A stretch of DNA of 60,634 nucleotides, from the NCBI RefSeq assembly GCF_001194135.2, contig NC_068983.1, positions 26,478,058-26,538,691 of the forward strand. The letters run 5' to 3'. Every line of letters begins with the position of its first letter. Positions within the stretch are counted from its first letter, which is position 1. The notes under the pieces were generated by a model. It did no database searches and had not been told where the DNA came from. It saw nothing but the letters and a program-made list of their open reading frames with translations. This DNA is from Octopus bimaculoides (Eukaryota). This document shows, piece by piece, positions 28,401 to 40,874 of the stretch. Made by a program: the position numbers and the translations under genes.

Positions 28401-29791
28401 ATTTTGAAAGAAAATCTCTGCTGGAATATCACTACTAGATCAGAAAGATTGTTATGTGCCAATAAAAGAAGCAGACCTGGCGTAATATTTCACATGGGAT
28501 GCGCACGCCCAAGGACGGATATAGAGATATATCTCCACTCACGCATACACAAACACACCCGAATACACGCACCTTTATAAGGTAATACAGGTATAATTCT
28601 CTTTCGAGGATGACGTGTTATCAATCTGTAACATGCTTTATTTAATGGTTTGTATCTACCCATACTGCTCCGACCAGACGCAATACAACCAAGGCACAAC
28701 GGGTAAATTGACAGTGACTATTAGAGAGTGAAAGCTCAGCAACTGCACAGTCTTGTTATTTTACTGTTGTTGTTTTTCTAAAAGTGATAATATCGTGTAA
28801 TTTATGCAAAAAGAGAAATGAAAGTGGACAGCAAGATTTGTTGAAATTTCGTGGATGGTGCAATATATCAGAATACTTTCATCAATACGGTACAAAATTG
28901 TATCAGTATAAATACTCGTTTTTGTAGTCTAAATCATTGAAATTACTATTACATATGATTCCTTTAAGTGAAACAAGACTAACCAGCTCTCATCAGAAAC
29001 AAAATTTTAAAGAGACATAATATATTTCATATCCAAGTGCGTCATGTTCCTTTCCAAATACAGGCGTATTATACACTGTCTGCTGCGGGACATTTTTACA
29101 GTTTCTGTCATTCTGGGTGTACTATAAGCTATTTTAGGGCGCACTTGGTATAATGCCTAGCAGTGGATTTGAACTTCTATAATTTTATGTTGCGATAAAT
29201 ACTTCTTAAAGATTCTATATCGGCTGTGTCAAAGGTATGAGAAGTAACACTAGAAATCACGGGTACGTTTACAACTGGAGATTTGTGACAAATTGTAAAT
29301 GTTGACTCACCAGCTATCAGTATATTTTTTAAAAACTTAGTATATTTTTAGTAAAGTATACCTATGTGCATACAAATAAAATTACGCCAAAAGCAATTGA
29401 TAAAAATTAATACTCATTGATATTAAATATAAAGATCAAGTTTACATAAATATATTCTATAGGTAGAAGAATTTATAAAATTAAATTACCTGAATTATAT
29501 AAGTAACTTTAATTTATTAAAACAAATCCCTTGTTGAGGTTCCGATTCAGTAGTTTCGAAATGGATTCAGAATTTATTAATTTACACTCGGCAATATATT
29601 TAGGAATCTATTCAACTTGTTCAAATCTTTCAGCTTATTTTGCATTCCAAAGGGAATGATAATTGAATTTGATTAGGTAAAATAATTATATTTTCAGGTG
29701 CAAAATATATTTTATTATCAACAATTTTTCTAATATATTTTCCACACAGAAACAGTTTTTGCATAATGAGATTTATTTTACACTGTTATAG

Positions 29792-29923
29792 ATAGATACA
29801 TCGGTAACATTCACAAGTATGTACAAAGTGCTAAATGAAAGAGGAAGAACTGCTGTAGCTATTAATGTGAGAGGTAACAGTGAATCAACGAAGATTTCAA
29901 TTGAAACACAGATGAGTGTCTAA
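29792..29923 (+). CDS. Candidate terminal coding exon of an unidentified host gene (IDTSVTFTSMYKVLNERGRTAVAINVRGNSESTKISIETQMSV*)
   Basis: T-rich tract and TAG acceptor at 29789-29791 (alternative AG at 29794-29795), 43 open codons of ordinary composition, then TAA; followed by ~1.9 kb of repeat-free AT-rich sequence; no homology recognised. Confidence 0.3.
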   Translation: MDTSVTFTSMYKVLNERGRTAVAINVRGNSESTKISIETQMSV

Positions 29924-31816
29924 AGTGGTCACATTATATTACTGTATATTTATCTATTGTCATTGAAAACAATTCAGTGTCATATACGTCTGAAGAACAA
30001 GCACTATGTAAATAATTTATAATGTTTGAAAAATTATGAAATAGAAAACAAAATAGTACGCTGCCATATACCTGAAGATAAGGCTTAAGTTATTTCATAA
30101 TTAACTGAAGAAAAGAAAAATACTTTGCGTATGTTAGAATACATAACCCTGTCAAACTAAGAAAAGCACATTAGTTTTTGTGAAATAGTATGTAAAACGT
30201 GCTGCGAGAGGATGATGAGTTCTTCTACAGGCTATGTCCTGCACTTTTACTTCCTTCTCAGTACTGCTTCATTCTGTATCACATGATATGGCTCCACTGT
30301 CAAAGGATGAGATGAATACATTCTCATTCCCTTACATTCGTTTGCGTATTTCAATATTTCTCTCCATTTAAATTTTGCTGAACACCAGGTAGATTGTGGT
30401 GTTCAAAGATTTCTTCAAAGTTTCTGCTTATATATTTTGCCGTTGAAATGATTGTACATATATATTATTACTTATGCATCATCATTTAATATTGGTAATT
30501 CTACTTGTGATCACTACCTCGAAGGATTATATTTATAATTACATCTAAATTAATTTTATGGAATTTTAATGGGCACTTAGCTTTAAGATGTTGCCATAAA
30601 TTAAGAAAGACATTCAAACATTTCAATTATTGATTATAATAAATCTTCAATTAATTATTATATAATAAAGTAACTGCCTATTTAAGCGTTTGATATAGTG
30701 TGCAAGTAATTAATTATATCGATGTATAGAATCTAATCTTCGATTAAGGATAACATAGAATTATTATCAATAATTTTTATTCTTTAATTATCCACCGAGA
30801 TCACTAAGAATAGTATATATTATTAATTATAAGTTTTCGATTATATAATAAGTTTAATTCCTATAAAAGAGATTAATATGATAAATAAATAGGTACTTGG
30901 TTGTCTTTTCAGTAATCTCGATTTTTCAATTATTCAGTTCTGTCATTGCTGGTTGTATATAATGTTGAATATAATAATATTCCATATTACACAATAATGT
31001 TACAAGGGTTTATCATATTAAATAAATAGATATTTAATTATTCCGACATGAAGTAGTTATTAAACATTACTTAGAATTATTATTTATAGTTTTATTCTGC
31101 AGGTGTTCAGTGATGTCATCAATATTTTTGAATAAATTTACTAATTTTTACGTCATGCTTTATGAATTCCTGGGGATTGTTTTTCTATGTAGATCTCAAA
31201 TTATCAAAAAATATGGAATTAGTATGGTATTTTTTATATTTTGTTTTTACAAAGTAAATTATTTGTTCAATGACGTTGCTCTTGGTTAATGAATATCTAA
31301 ATTAATGAATATCTAAAAATAAATTTGTCTTGGTGCTTCGTTTAGTTATGTTGTTTAACACCTAATTTTTTTCACATATTCAGTTAGATTTCACCAACTT
31401 GGATTACCTTGATAATAATGTGTTGACATAATTATTCGTACATATTATTATCAATTTTAATAATGTTATGTGTATATGTTTATATCTATATATGTATAAA
31501 TGAATGTATTTTCGGTCATTGCCAGTACTTCTTGATACATTAAACATTTCGGTTGTTTTCGTTACGCTTCCGCCTTCTATACGAGCACTAAGAATTTGAC
31601 ATCTATGAAAGTTCGATAGATCTGTTATTTTAATGAAATTTAATTACCTTTTTCTGATGATATCTGAAGAGAAACAGCAATTTTAGCAAAGCATATTAAG
31701 CAACACTAATAATAAATAATAAAAACATAAAAATAAACAAGATTTTGGCTGTTTTAAAGCTATTTCAAAATTATGATGGTATGATGCTTGGTATTTTTAT
31801 TATTTTATCCAACACC

Positions 31817-31861
<45 letters not shown>

Positions 31862-33029
31862 AGATAGATAGATACATAGATACATAGATACATAGATAGA
31901 TATATAGATAGATACAAACATAATACATAGATATAGATATATGTATATATACATTGTGTAGGTGGGTTTATGAAAGTTTATGTATATGTATACATACAAA
32001 TGCACACGTAACATATAACTGTCGTAATTATGGAGGCAACGTTAGTAAGTTTATAACAAACTGAACTCATTTTGAGGCGGCAACATAAATCTTTTCTTCG
32101 TTTCTATCTTTCCAAATATGTGATATATATTTCAGTAAGGTAGTACAATGTTTATTTGACATAATAATTATATGCGGAAATTTCGCACTCTGTAAACTAA
32201 TACCAAATCATCATTTTGTACCAATGGCTATTTAATACCTAAAGTAAAACGATATCAGAAATGAAGTTAGAATAACATGCTTTATTGAGAAGTTATCGAT
32301 ATTTCGATCAGTATTAAAATTAATTAATGATATTATTTTACCTATGCATGTGACAAATTTAGAAATTTAAAATATTTCCATATCATCAAAGATTAATGAA
32401 CTGAAAATACTAAATCGATTGCAAAACAATGGAGACATAATGTAATCAGTTAAGTCAGCATTTCCAGTGGTGTAATTAAAGAGAAATCATATAATGAAAT
32501 CTATTTAAATTGCGTAATTAATTTATAATTATGCGAAGTAATTACAGTAACTAAACATTGCTCTTAACACAAGTCGAGGACAGTACGAGAGCATAAACGT
32601 TGCTACGAAGAAATTTGCACACACACATACACATACAAGAACACACACACATACACACACACAAACGTATATTTCTATATATATATATATATATATATNN
32701 NNNNNNNNNNNNNNNNNNNNNNNNNNNNNNNNNNNNNNNNNNNNNNNNNNNNNNNNNNNNNNNNNNNNNNNNNNNNNNNNNNNNNNNNNNNNNNNNNNNN
32801 NNNNNNNNNNNNNNNNNNNNNNNNNNNNNNNNNNNNNNNNNNNNNNNNNNNNNNNNNNNNNNNNNNNNNNNNNNNNNNNNNNNNNNNNNNNNNNNNNNNN
32901 NNNNNNNNNNNNNNNNNNNNNNNNNNNNNNNNNNNNNNNNNNNNNNNNNNNNNNNNNNNNNNNNNNNNNNNNNNNNNNNNNNNNNNNNNNNNNNNNNNNN
33001 NNNNNNNNNNCAATAAACGATACAAAGGG

Positions 33030-33200
33030 AACAAAGACTGGTCATTCAGAGTTTTCTTTCCTCAGTCGAGTTCCAGATTATCTTTGCAATTTCGGCTGGT
33101 TATACTCGAGATTGCTCCAATCTGGCCAGCACCAAGGAAAAAACAATCTAAGAGCATTAGATACTTTGGACGAAAGCCGCGAATGTATACGAAAACTGCT
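33030..33200. repeat. Structured segment, probably an interspersed repeat, with nested inverted repeats
   Basis: ccagatt/aatctgg, gcaatttcg/cgagattgc and ttttctttcct/aggaaaaaac arms are visible; repeat status is from recall. Confidence 0.45.
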
Positions 33201-34091
33201 TCATAAGTTTTGTAGTAAAAGATTTATTAAAGATAAAACTTGGTTTTGTACCTATCGTGTCTTTCTCAGTCACAGCATATGAATGAGAAATGTAGGTTTG
33301 ATAGATGAATAAAGAAGGAAGGAGTGATGGCAGTCTTCGTAGTGGAATGATGGAAACTGTACGGAGAAAAAGTTAAATCAAACAGCGTTTCAACTCTGTG
33401 TGATTTTATGTTTGCTTATATAAAAGGAAGGTGTGTTTGTGTGGGTGTGTGTGTTTGTGTGGGTGTGTGTGCATGGAAGGTGGGATGGTGAACATTCAAT
33501 GCTGAAAAGAAAAATCAAGCAGCGTTTAAACTCTGTGTATTTGGTATTTACTTGCCAACTCACGTATTTAGTCACGCCCAGCTATATGTAGCTTTAAGTC
33601 GGTTAAGAAGGAAAAACAACTTGAAAATCCTTTTTGAAGGAAACAAGCAGTCAAAGGATGTTAGTTGCGGATAGATTTTTCACAAAAAAAGTTAGTAATA
33701 AAAGAATTATTAAAACAAAATCTCGGTTTTCTACTTTATTTATCTATAAAATACTGCAATTAGCCATCATTGTTGACGGCACAAGAGCCAGCTAGTATNN
33801 NNNNNNNNNNNNNNNNNNNNNNNNNNNNNNNNNNNNNNNNNNNNNNNNNNNNNNNNNNNNNNNNNNNNNNNNNNNNNNNNNNNNNNNNNNNNNNNNNNNN
33901 NNNNNNNNNNNNNNNNNNNNNNNNNNNNNNNNNNNNNNNNNNNNNNNNNNNNNNNNNNNNNNNNNNNNNNNNNNNNNNNNNNNNNNNNNNNNNNNNNNNN
34001 NNNNNNNNNNNNNNNNNNNNNNNNNNNNNATATATATATACATATACGCAAATGCATATATACAAATCACGAAAACGATAAATCATCAGAC

Positions 34092-34093
34092 AA

Positions 34094-34156
<63 letters not shown>

Positions 34157-34212
34157 CTTGGATGGAGAGAGGGAGAAAGTGAGAAAAGGAAAGAGGGAAA
34201 GACAAAGAGATA

Positions 34213-34250
<38 letters not shown>

Positions 34251-34260
34251 AAGAGAAAGA
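34092..34260. repeat. (GATA)n followed by GA-rich and (GA)n tract
   Basis: Direct reading. Confidence 0.92.
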
Positions 34261-35000
34261 GAGAGGGAGAAAGAGAAAGAGTGAGAGAGTTTGATAAATA
34301 CATAATTGAAACTAAAAGACATTGAAATTTTACTTCAACATAATTTAGTTTCAAAACTGATATTGTGTGTTCCTGAATACATAACGGGAAAATCTATTTA
34401 CTTTACGTTTATATTTGCGCAACGCACTGCGTGATACAATGCGCATAGGTTATTTGTGATTCTGCCAAATTTTGTTTAGCACAGTTATTCAGATATTACT
34501 GGGAACTTCATCTTGATTGAAATAATTGTCATTTATATGTGCCAAAATATAAAATGTTACGATAAAATATGTGTAGATACACATATGCATATATAGGCAG
34601 ACACACATAGATACAGGAAAATTACGCAGAGTGTAAGCTGCTCACTAAATAGATCACTATATACATATGCAGGTAATAATTAATGTGACATTTAAAGAGA
34701 CGAATTTAACAATTTATCAAAGGCATGGTGCTACTATCAGTATGTTACTACTTTTCGTTATAGAAGATTATTAAGAATTAATCTTCTGGGTGATGTCCAG
34801 TATATTCAGAAACATAATTTTTATTCGTTTCATCTCAACTCCTAAATGAAATGCTACCAAGCGTTGTAGCGTGACTACTACTGGTAGAATCGACAGATCG
34901 AAAACCGCAAATAGTGTTATTTTAAATTTATTTCCTTACTTCTCTCTTGCTGTCAGTCTTGTTATTGTAATATCCTTTCAATCGCCATTTATCAACCCCC

Positions 35001-35042
<42 letters not shown>

Positions 35043-35670
35043 TGTACTTATGTATCTATCTATCGATCTATCTGTTAATCTCTCTATCTATCTATCTATA
35101 TATATATCTATCTATCTATCTACATATCTGCCTATCTATCTGTCTATCTATTCATCTATTTGCCTATCTGTCTTTGTAATTTTCTATAATTTGTGTTATT
35201 ATAATTATGCCTCCGTTTACTTCTAGATAACGCGTGTGCTCCGCTAACGAGGGATTCCAACGTTTTGCTAACGTTAAAACCGTGATTACTCCAGATAATA
35301 ATCGACTGATGAAATTGCTTATCTATTACTATTTTTGTCAATTCCATTCACTTTCGATCAAGTCGGGTCAGATGTTAGGAAATGAGCTGTTGTAGCGTGC
35401 CGCTGCATCCAACTTCTGTCGGTATTTCCTAGTCTTGGGGAATGACACCTTTAGGCACCACTCAGGCAGCAACCCTCTCAACCACCCTGCCCTTCAAGAT
35501 TTTCTATGTATAACTTGCCTTATAACTAGTCGAAGGACATCCACGGAGGAGAGGACTTTATTAGACTATTTCGGTCGTCGTCACTGGTGAGCATTTTAAG
35601 AGGTCGGAGGGCAAATCCTAACTCAACTTTGTTCTTTATATATTCGCTTCACCGTAAGTTAAAAACATTA

Positions 35671-35917
35671 GAGTCTCTCATGTATTATGCTTTCGCAACT
35701 ATTATTAGTTTTCGTCTCTGATCCTTTCGTTCGGGTCCACCACACACATTCTTTCACCATGGTCACCAGTATGATGAACACTGCCAGATAGATAGATACT
35801 TGGATGGAGAGAGGGAGAAAGGGAGAAAGGGGCAGAGGGAAAGACAAAGAGATAAAGAGAGAGAGAGAACGAGAGAAAGACTATTATTAGTTGTAATAGC
35901 ATAATACAGAGAGACTC
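35671..35917. mobile_element. TA-flanked MITE-like foldback element with ~38 bp imperfect inverted arms
   Basis: gagtctctcatgtattatgctttcgcaactattattag versus revcomp gagtctctctgtattatgctattacaactaataatag; TA at 35669-35670 and 35918-35919. Confidence 0.6.
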
Positions 35918-36579
35918 TATTTCACTAAATGATCTCTTGTGATATATTCATCGTATTATATTTCGTGTTCCTCCATTACATGTAAAAATGTATTATACTT
36001 TTTGTTTGTAAACCCTGTGTGACATCAAAATCAAATGATCATATTCATGTCTGATAGAATATTTGTCCTCGCGATTCTTATTTGACGTCAACATCTATAC
36101 AATTTGAAGCCGTTGCATATATTTAAAAGAATTCACAATATGGACCTTTGATGTAATTTGTATGAGCTTCTCATAATATTATAAACTAATAAATAATATT
36201 ATTTCTGCTTCAAATTTCAAAGCTGCAGGAGAAAAACCACAGTGCCGTGATAATGTACAATAACAGTAAGCTGTTCAGAATGTATCCATAAGCATGTATC
36301 ATACCGGACAATTCTGGAGACGTACTCGCTTAATGTGTTACTGATGTTAACTAAGATGATCAATAAGTTCATAGTTCCTATTGATAAAATGCGTCAATGT
36401 TATTGTGTATTTTAGTATTAAAAAGGCAACGTTGTTATTGTCTCATTATATTAGAGAATATCTGGATCAATTAAAAGTGAATTTCAAAAGTGAAGATAGT
36501 ACAACTTTTGACATTTTTCTCTGTATTTCATCGGGATTTCACGGTTGAAACCACTTTCTTAAGACCCACGGAGAACTAA

Positions 36580-38060
36580 GAGATTGCATAAAGTTATTTT
36601 AGTTATCCAGATATATGGGAGTTTGCAAGACCAGAATGGAGTCCTTATAGTAGACACTCTACTCATTGTAGTTCTTGGATAATCTCCTTGATTCGTAGGT
36701 CGCATTTCCTACATTCCATGGTTCTGATATATACCTAGGTGTTGAGGAGTTCGGTAGATATTTGTGCATCTGTTCGTTGATGAAGTTTTCTGAAGTTTTC
36801 TGAAGTTTTCTGAAGCTTTTTGTTGGATGCGACGCATTTGCTGCCGACTACGTAGGCAATCGGGCATATTTCACAGTTTTTGATGCTGCAAGAAATTGGA
36901 CTTAGTGCCAACCACAATGCAGTATGTGCTATAATTTCTGGTCTGGAATTTACTCAGAATGGACCAAAGTATGCGAACTGTATGTTTATTCTCTCCATGC
37001 TTCAGGCTTGAGCGGGTGGAAATTCGTTTATTATGTTTATTAAGTTTATTAACTTTAGATTGATTTAAATAGTGTCGTTTGATGAAAGATGGTGGACAGC
37101 AGCTTAATAGGATCCCGTGGAATTCTTTGATGTTGGCAGCTTTGTCAGCTGCATTGCAACACGTGTAGCTTATACACGAGATTTTATTTCCTACGTTGTT
37201 GTGTTTTGTTCTCGTGAGCAGGGCAGATTCATAGTACACTAACTGGTACTTACTAGCTTTTTCCTTGACGCAAATAAATCCCTTAATCCTGTGTTGGAAA
37301 TCGAGAAGAGAGAGGGCTGCAGTTCTGGTATAGTGTTTGAATTCGTAATTATTGTGTTCGTCGATGTTGTTTATTTGTTCCTATACGGTAACTGTTTCTT
37401 CACGGGTGTTATTAGATATAAGCGTGTTGTCCGTGCACTCCAGTTACTTAACGAATATGAGGGTCAGCAGAAATGATAGAATTGATATCATCGGTAGACC
37501 TGAAAGCTGTATGCATATAGCACTGTCGTATTGCAAATATGTGCTTCATATTGCGAAAACTTCTCGTCAATAATGGTCGAACCATTGAGAGTGTAAAGCT
37601 GAATGAGTGGAGTTTATTGGCAGAAAGAGAAAAGTACAAATAACTGTAGTTGCCGTCTGTTGGTTCTGTAATATCTCCAGATATTTCTGATATTTCCGAG
37701 ATCAAATCCCGATTACATGAAGATTTGTGCTTATTCCTGCCTAGCTATTACTTCTATTCAATAGATCGCTTAGATTGTTTGCCAATAATTTCTGAGAGTG
37801 TGATTACGCTTGAAATATCGAATGTTAACACTGTTCAGTCTCAGAAGACTTGTATAATGAGAATAGTGATAATTTCTTGGCATAATGTATTTTAAACATT
37901 TCTTGGGCTTGCCAAAAGTATCCCAATGGTTATACGACAATGTTAGAGTAAAAGGTGTCGTATGAATGAGATATTGTACGTGAGAAGTGCCTGTCTTCTC
38001 AGCCAAACAGTTATCAAAACGAAATATAGAAAAAGTTATTTCAACTAATTTCACCGAATC
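36580..38060 (-). mobile_element. Degenerate Penelope-like element (RT, Cys-rich linker, GIY-YIG-like endonuclease)
   Basis: Motifs in the correct order on the minus strand: VLTFDISSVIT (~37800-37830), NYSY...TLSMVRPL, AFRSTDDI (RYVDDI-like, 37484-37507), QINNIDEH...LSLLDF, LVYYESA...PPSFIKR, SCSIKNCEICP (36862-36893), ECRKCDLRIKE (CxxC before the YIG-equivalent site); multiple stops and frameshifts. Confidence 0.7.
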
Positions 38061-38594
38061 AGAAATTTTCTCTCGTTTGTGATCTCTGCCAACAACAAGT
38101 ATGACTCATTGCTTTCTATGGGGATTGGACTTCTGTATGAAATGGTATTATATATATATATAAATATATGTGTGCGATTGCGTGTGTGATTGTGTGCGTG
38201 TATGCATGCATGTTTGTGTGTGATTTTGTGTGGCATAGACACAGGTACAATTGTTTTATGAAGCTGAGAGTCAGTCATCACCACCATTTTAGTAAGTCAT
38301 TGATAATGTGAGAACTGGTGGAAATGAAGAATGCCTCAAATAATCAACTAGTTAGCATATTTTTGATGGAGGCTGATGTAACTTTAAATGTAGGTAATTT
38401 AAAATTTTACGCGCCGATTTTCAAGCGAAGGAACGCATAGCCATATTATGTGTTTGTCTGACTCAGTACTTGCTACACCAGATAGGACATGCACATATAT
38501 GTAAATACACACACATTTGTGTATGTATGTTAGTGTATTGTATATATATATATAGTATTAATAAAATAGATGGGAGGAGAAAATAATTTATTAG

Positions 38595-38636
38595 GTATGA
38601 AATATGTTTCGACCCGTTCTGGGTCTCTTCGGATAC
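38595..38636 (-). ncRNA. Minimal type I hammerhead ribozyme-like motif, mutated (copy 1)
   Basis: Minus strand GUAU-CCGAAGA-GACCC-AGAAC-GGGUC-GAAAC-AUAU-UUC-AUAC: perfect 5-bp stem II, stem I GUAU/AUAC, near-palindromic stem III; core CUGANGA>CCGAAGA and GUC>UUC. Confidence 0.65.
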
Positions 38637-38911
38637 ATCAATAAAAAGCTTTGCGAGAGATTTTCAGATTCGGTTTTGCATACCCCCATATCTCTATCAA
38701 TTTCGAGAATAAATAAAAAAAAAAGAAGGAAAACAGAAAAAATTGAAACGGAAAAGTTATACATTTTAAGTAGAAGTTGAAAGGAACCTAGACGATTTTT
38801 GTTTTGTGTTCGTGCTTAGACGCATATGTACATAAACAGATACATATATATATATATATATGCATACGTATACATACGCCCTCACACACGCACATCCAAG
38901 TATATGGGTAT

Positions 38912-38958
38912 ATACATACACATGTTTCGGCCCGTTCTGGGTCTCTTCGTGTACATCA
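38912..38958 (-). ncRNA. Minimal hammerhead-like motif, more degenerate (copy 2)
   Basis: Minus strand UGAUGUAC-ACGAAGA-GACCC-AGAAC-GGGCC-GAAAC-AUGU-GUA; lies in a ~68 bp direct repeat of copy 1, 318 bp away. Confidence 0.5.
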
Positions 38959-39009
38959 CGAAAAATATTTACGAGAGATTTTCTGATTATATTACGTTAT
39001 CATCGGGTT

Positions 39010-39138
39010 TCTGGGTCGATAAATGAAGTACCAGTCGCGTACTCTTTTGGGGGGGAACCAGTTGCTATTGTTCATACGTAATCGACTATACCCCTCCCCC
39101 AACATTTCTGGCCTTGTGCCTAGAGTAGAAAAGATTAT
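39010..39138 (+). mobile_element. SINE 3' fragment (end of core plus type B tail) with a small insertion
   Basis: gggtcgataaatgaagtaccag...taatcgactatacccctcccccaacatttctggccttgtgcctagagtagaaaag. Confidence 0.75.
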
Positions 39139-39943
39139 GCATACTTTGACAGATAGTTTCATAGACGTAGCTATACTAATTACATTTATGTAATCCACAT
39201 TTTTTCGGGCTGCATCTTACTCCACAGTCCAGCAGCTTACTTAGTACCATGCTAAACTGAAAATTTTAGAACTTTTTCCGCATGTAAATATATGGAGAAA
39301 TAAATTCCTTAATAAATTCCTTAATAAATTCATATCACTAATCCTCCTTTGTACACCGTCACCCACTAATAAAAACATGGAAGAAATTCCCCTATTTAAC
39401 TGCTTACTTTGTATACATGACTACAAAAATCTCTCAAACATAACAATAGACGAATCCGATGGATCTAATGTTGCGCATGGGCAAAAACATCTAAACAACA
39501 TTTGACATAATTATATAATTTAGATGTGAAAAAGAACACCGAACTGATATTTTGAGCAAAGAATTTTGTCAGTGATGCAGTGGTAAGTACTTCTTTCTGA
39601 TGATCAAAATCATGTGATTGCCGTTTGTCTAATTTTTAGAGGAGGTCTTTAGAGCTCTCTACTGCTTTCTTTTTTTTTTTTTTGCACCAACTGCTATCTT
39701 CCATACGTAAAATTGCTATATTCTTGAGGTTGGCATGATGTAGTTATTTAGAACTAAAACGTTTACTGTGCATTAACATCATTATTAGGTACATAATTGT
39801 GCATTTGAAAGAAAGTGTATACTCGCGTTTGCACTGCAGTGTTTCGCTGAATTACATTCTTCAAATCAAAGAAATTATAAGATTTATTGATAACGTAAAG
39901 TTTATCTCCACAAGGATATAATATTTCTAGAAATATCGGAAGC

Positions 39944-40010
<67 letters not shown>
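39944..40010. repeat. (AAT)n microsatellite
   Basis: Direct reading; perfect tract. Confidence 0.97.
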
Positions 40011-40011
<1 letters not shown>

Positions 40012-40213
40012 CGCTGGAAGGATAAAAAATAAATTGATGCATATTTCATTTAGAAATCTTCTCCCACATATATTCTTTTTCTTTTATTTCATTGAAACCA
40101 CATTTGCTGATGCGTCACTGTATTGTAATTTGTTAGCCACAACAGAATTACTGGATGTGAAAATTTAATCTTAGGACATACACAAACATAGTCATGTATA
40201 TGTGTGCATATGT

Positions 40214-40275
<62 letters not shown>

Positions 40276-40721
40276 GACTGTGTGTAGGCTCATTAGTCAA
40301 CATACACTTACTACATTATTTTATTCGTGAATGTGTAGCTACAACCTTTGTATCTTTCTCCTGGGTTTCCCGAGCATTAAAACCAGCCGCTAACGTCAAG
40401 TTCAACGTGAGAGCTAAAAAATTGTGAATTTTTAGGAAATCATTGCATACGGTCTCTCAAATCACATTATATTGTAATGTATGCTGACATCTTGAATACT
40501 ATCTGACTAAAGCAAAACAAGTGAAATAAAGCAAACTAAAAAAAAAAAAGAATTTGCTTTACCTCTTATCATGTTTCCTGAGAACAAGTCCGTATATTGC
40601 AGAGACCATTATAAATAGTATCACCTTAGTAAACACATAGCATCAAATGAATCTGCTGAAGGTATGCATTCCTATACACACATGTATACATATATATGTG
40701 TATGTGTATACTTATGCACAG

Positions 40722-40754
<33 letters not shown>

Positions 40755-40776
40755 TATATATATATANNNNNNNNNN

Positions 40777-40811
<35 letters not shown>

Positions 40812-40874
40812 GTCTATGTGTGTGTGCATCAGAAGGTGAAATTAAAAGAAAACAGAAGTTTTAATTCATTTAGA

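Noticed and set aside
31654-31675. CTGATGA...GAAAC in 22 bp
   Set aside because: The intervening sequence cannot form a credible stem II, and no stems I or III are present.
36783-36816. tgaagttttc tandem 10-mer as a CRISPR-like repeat
   Set aside because: No spacers; a simple slippage duplication inside the Penelope-like relic in eukaryotic DNA.
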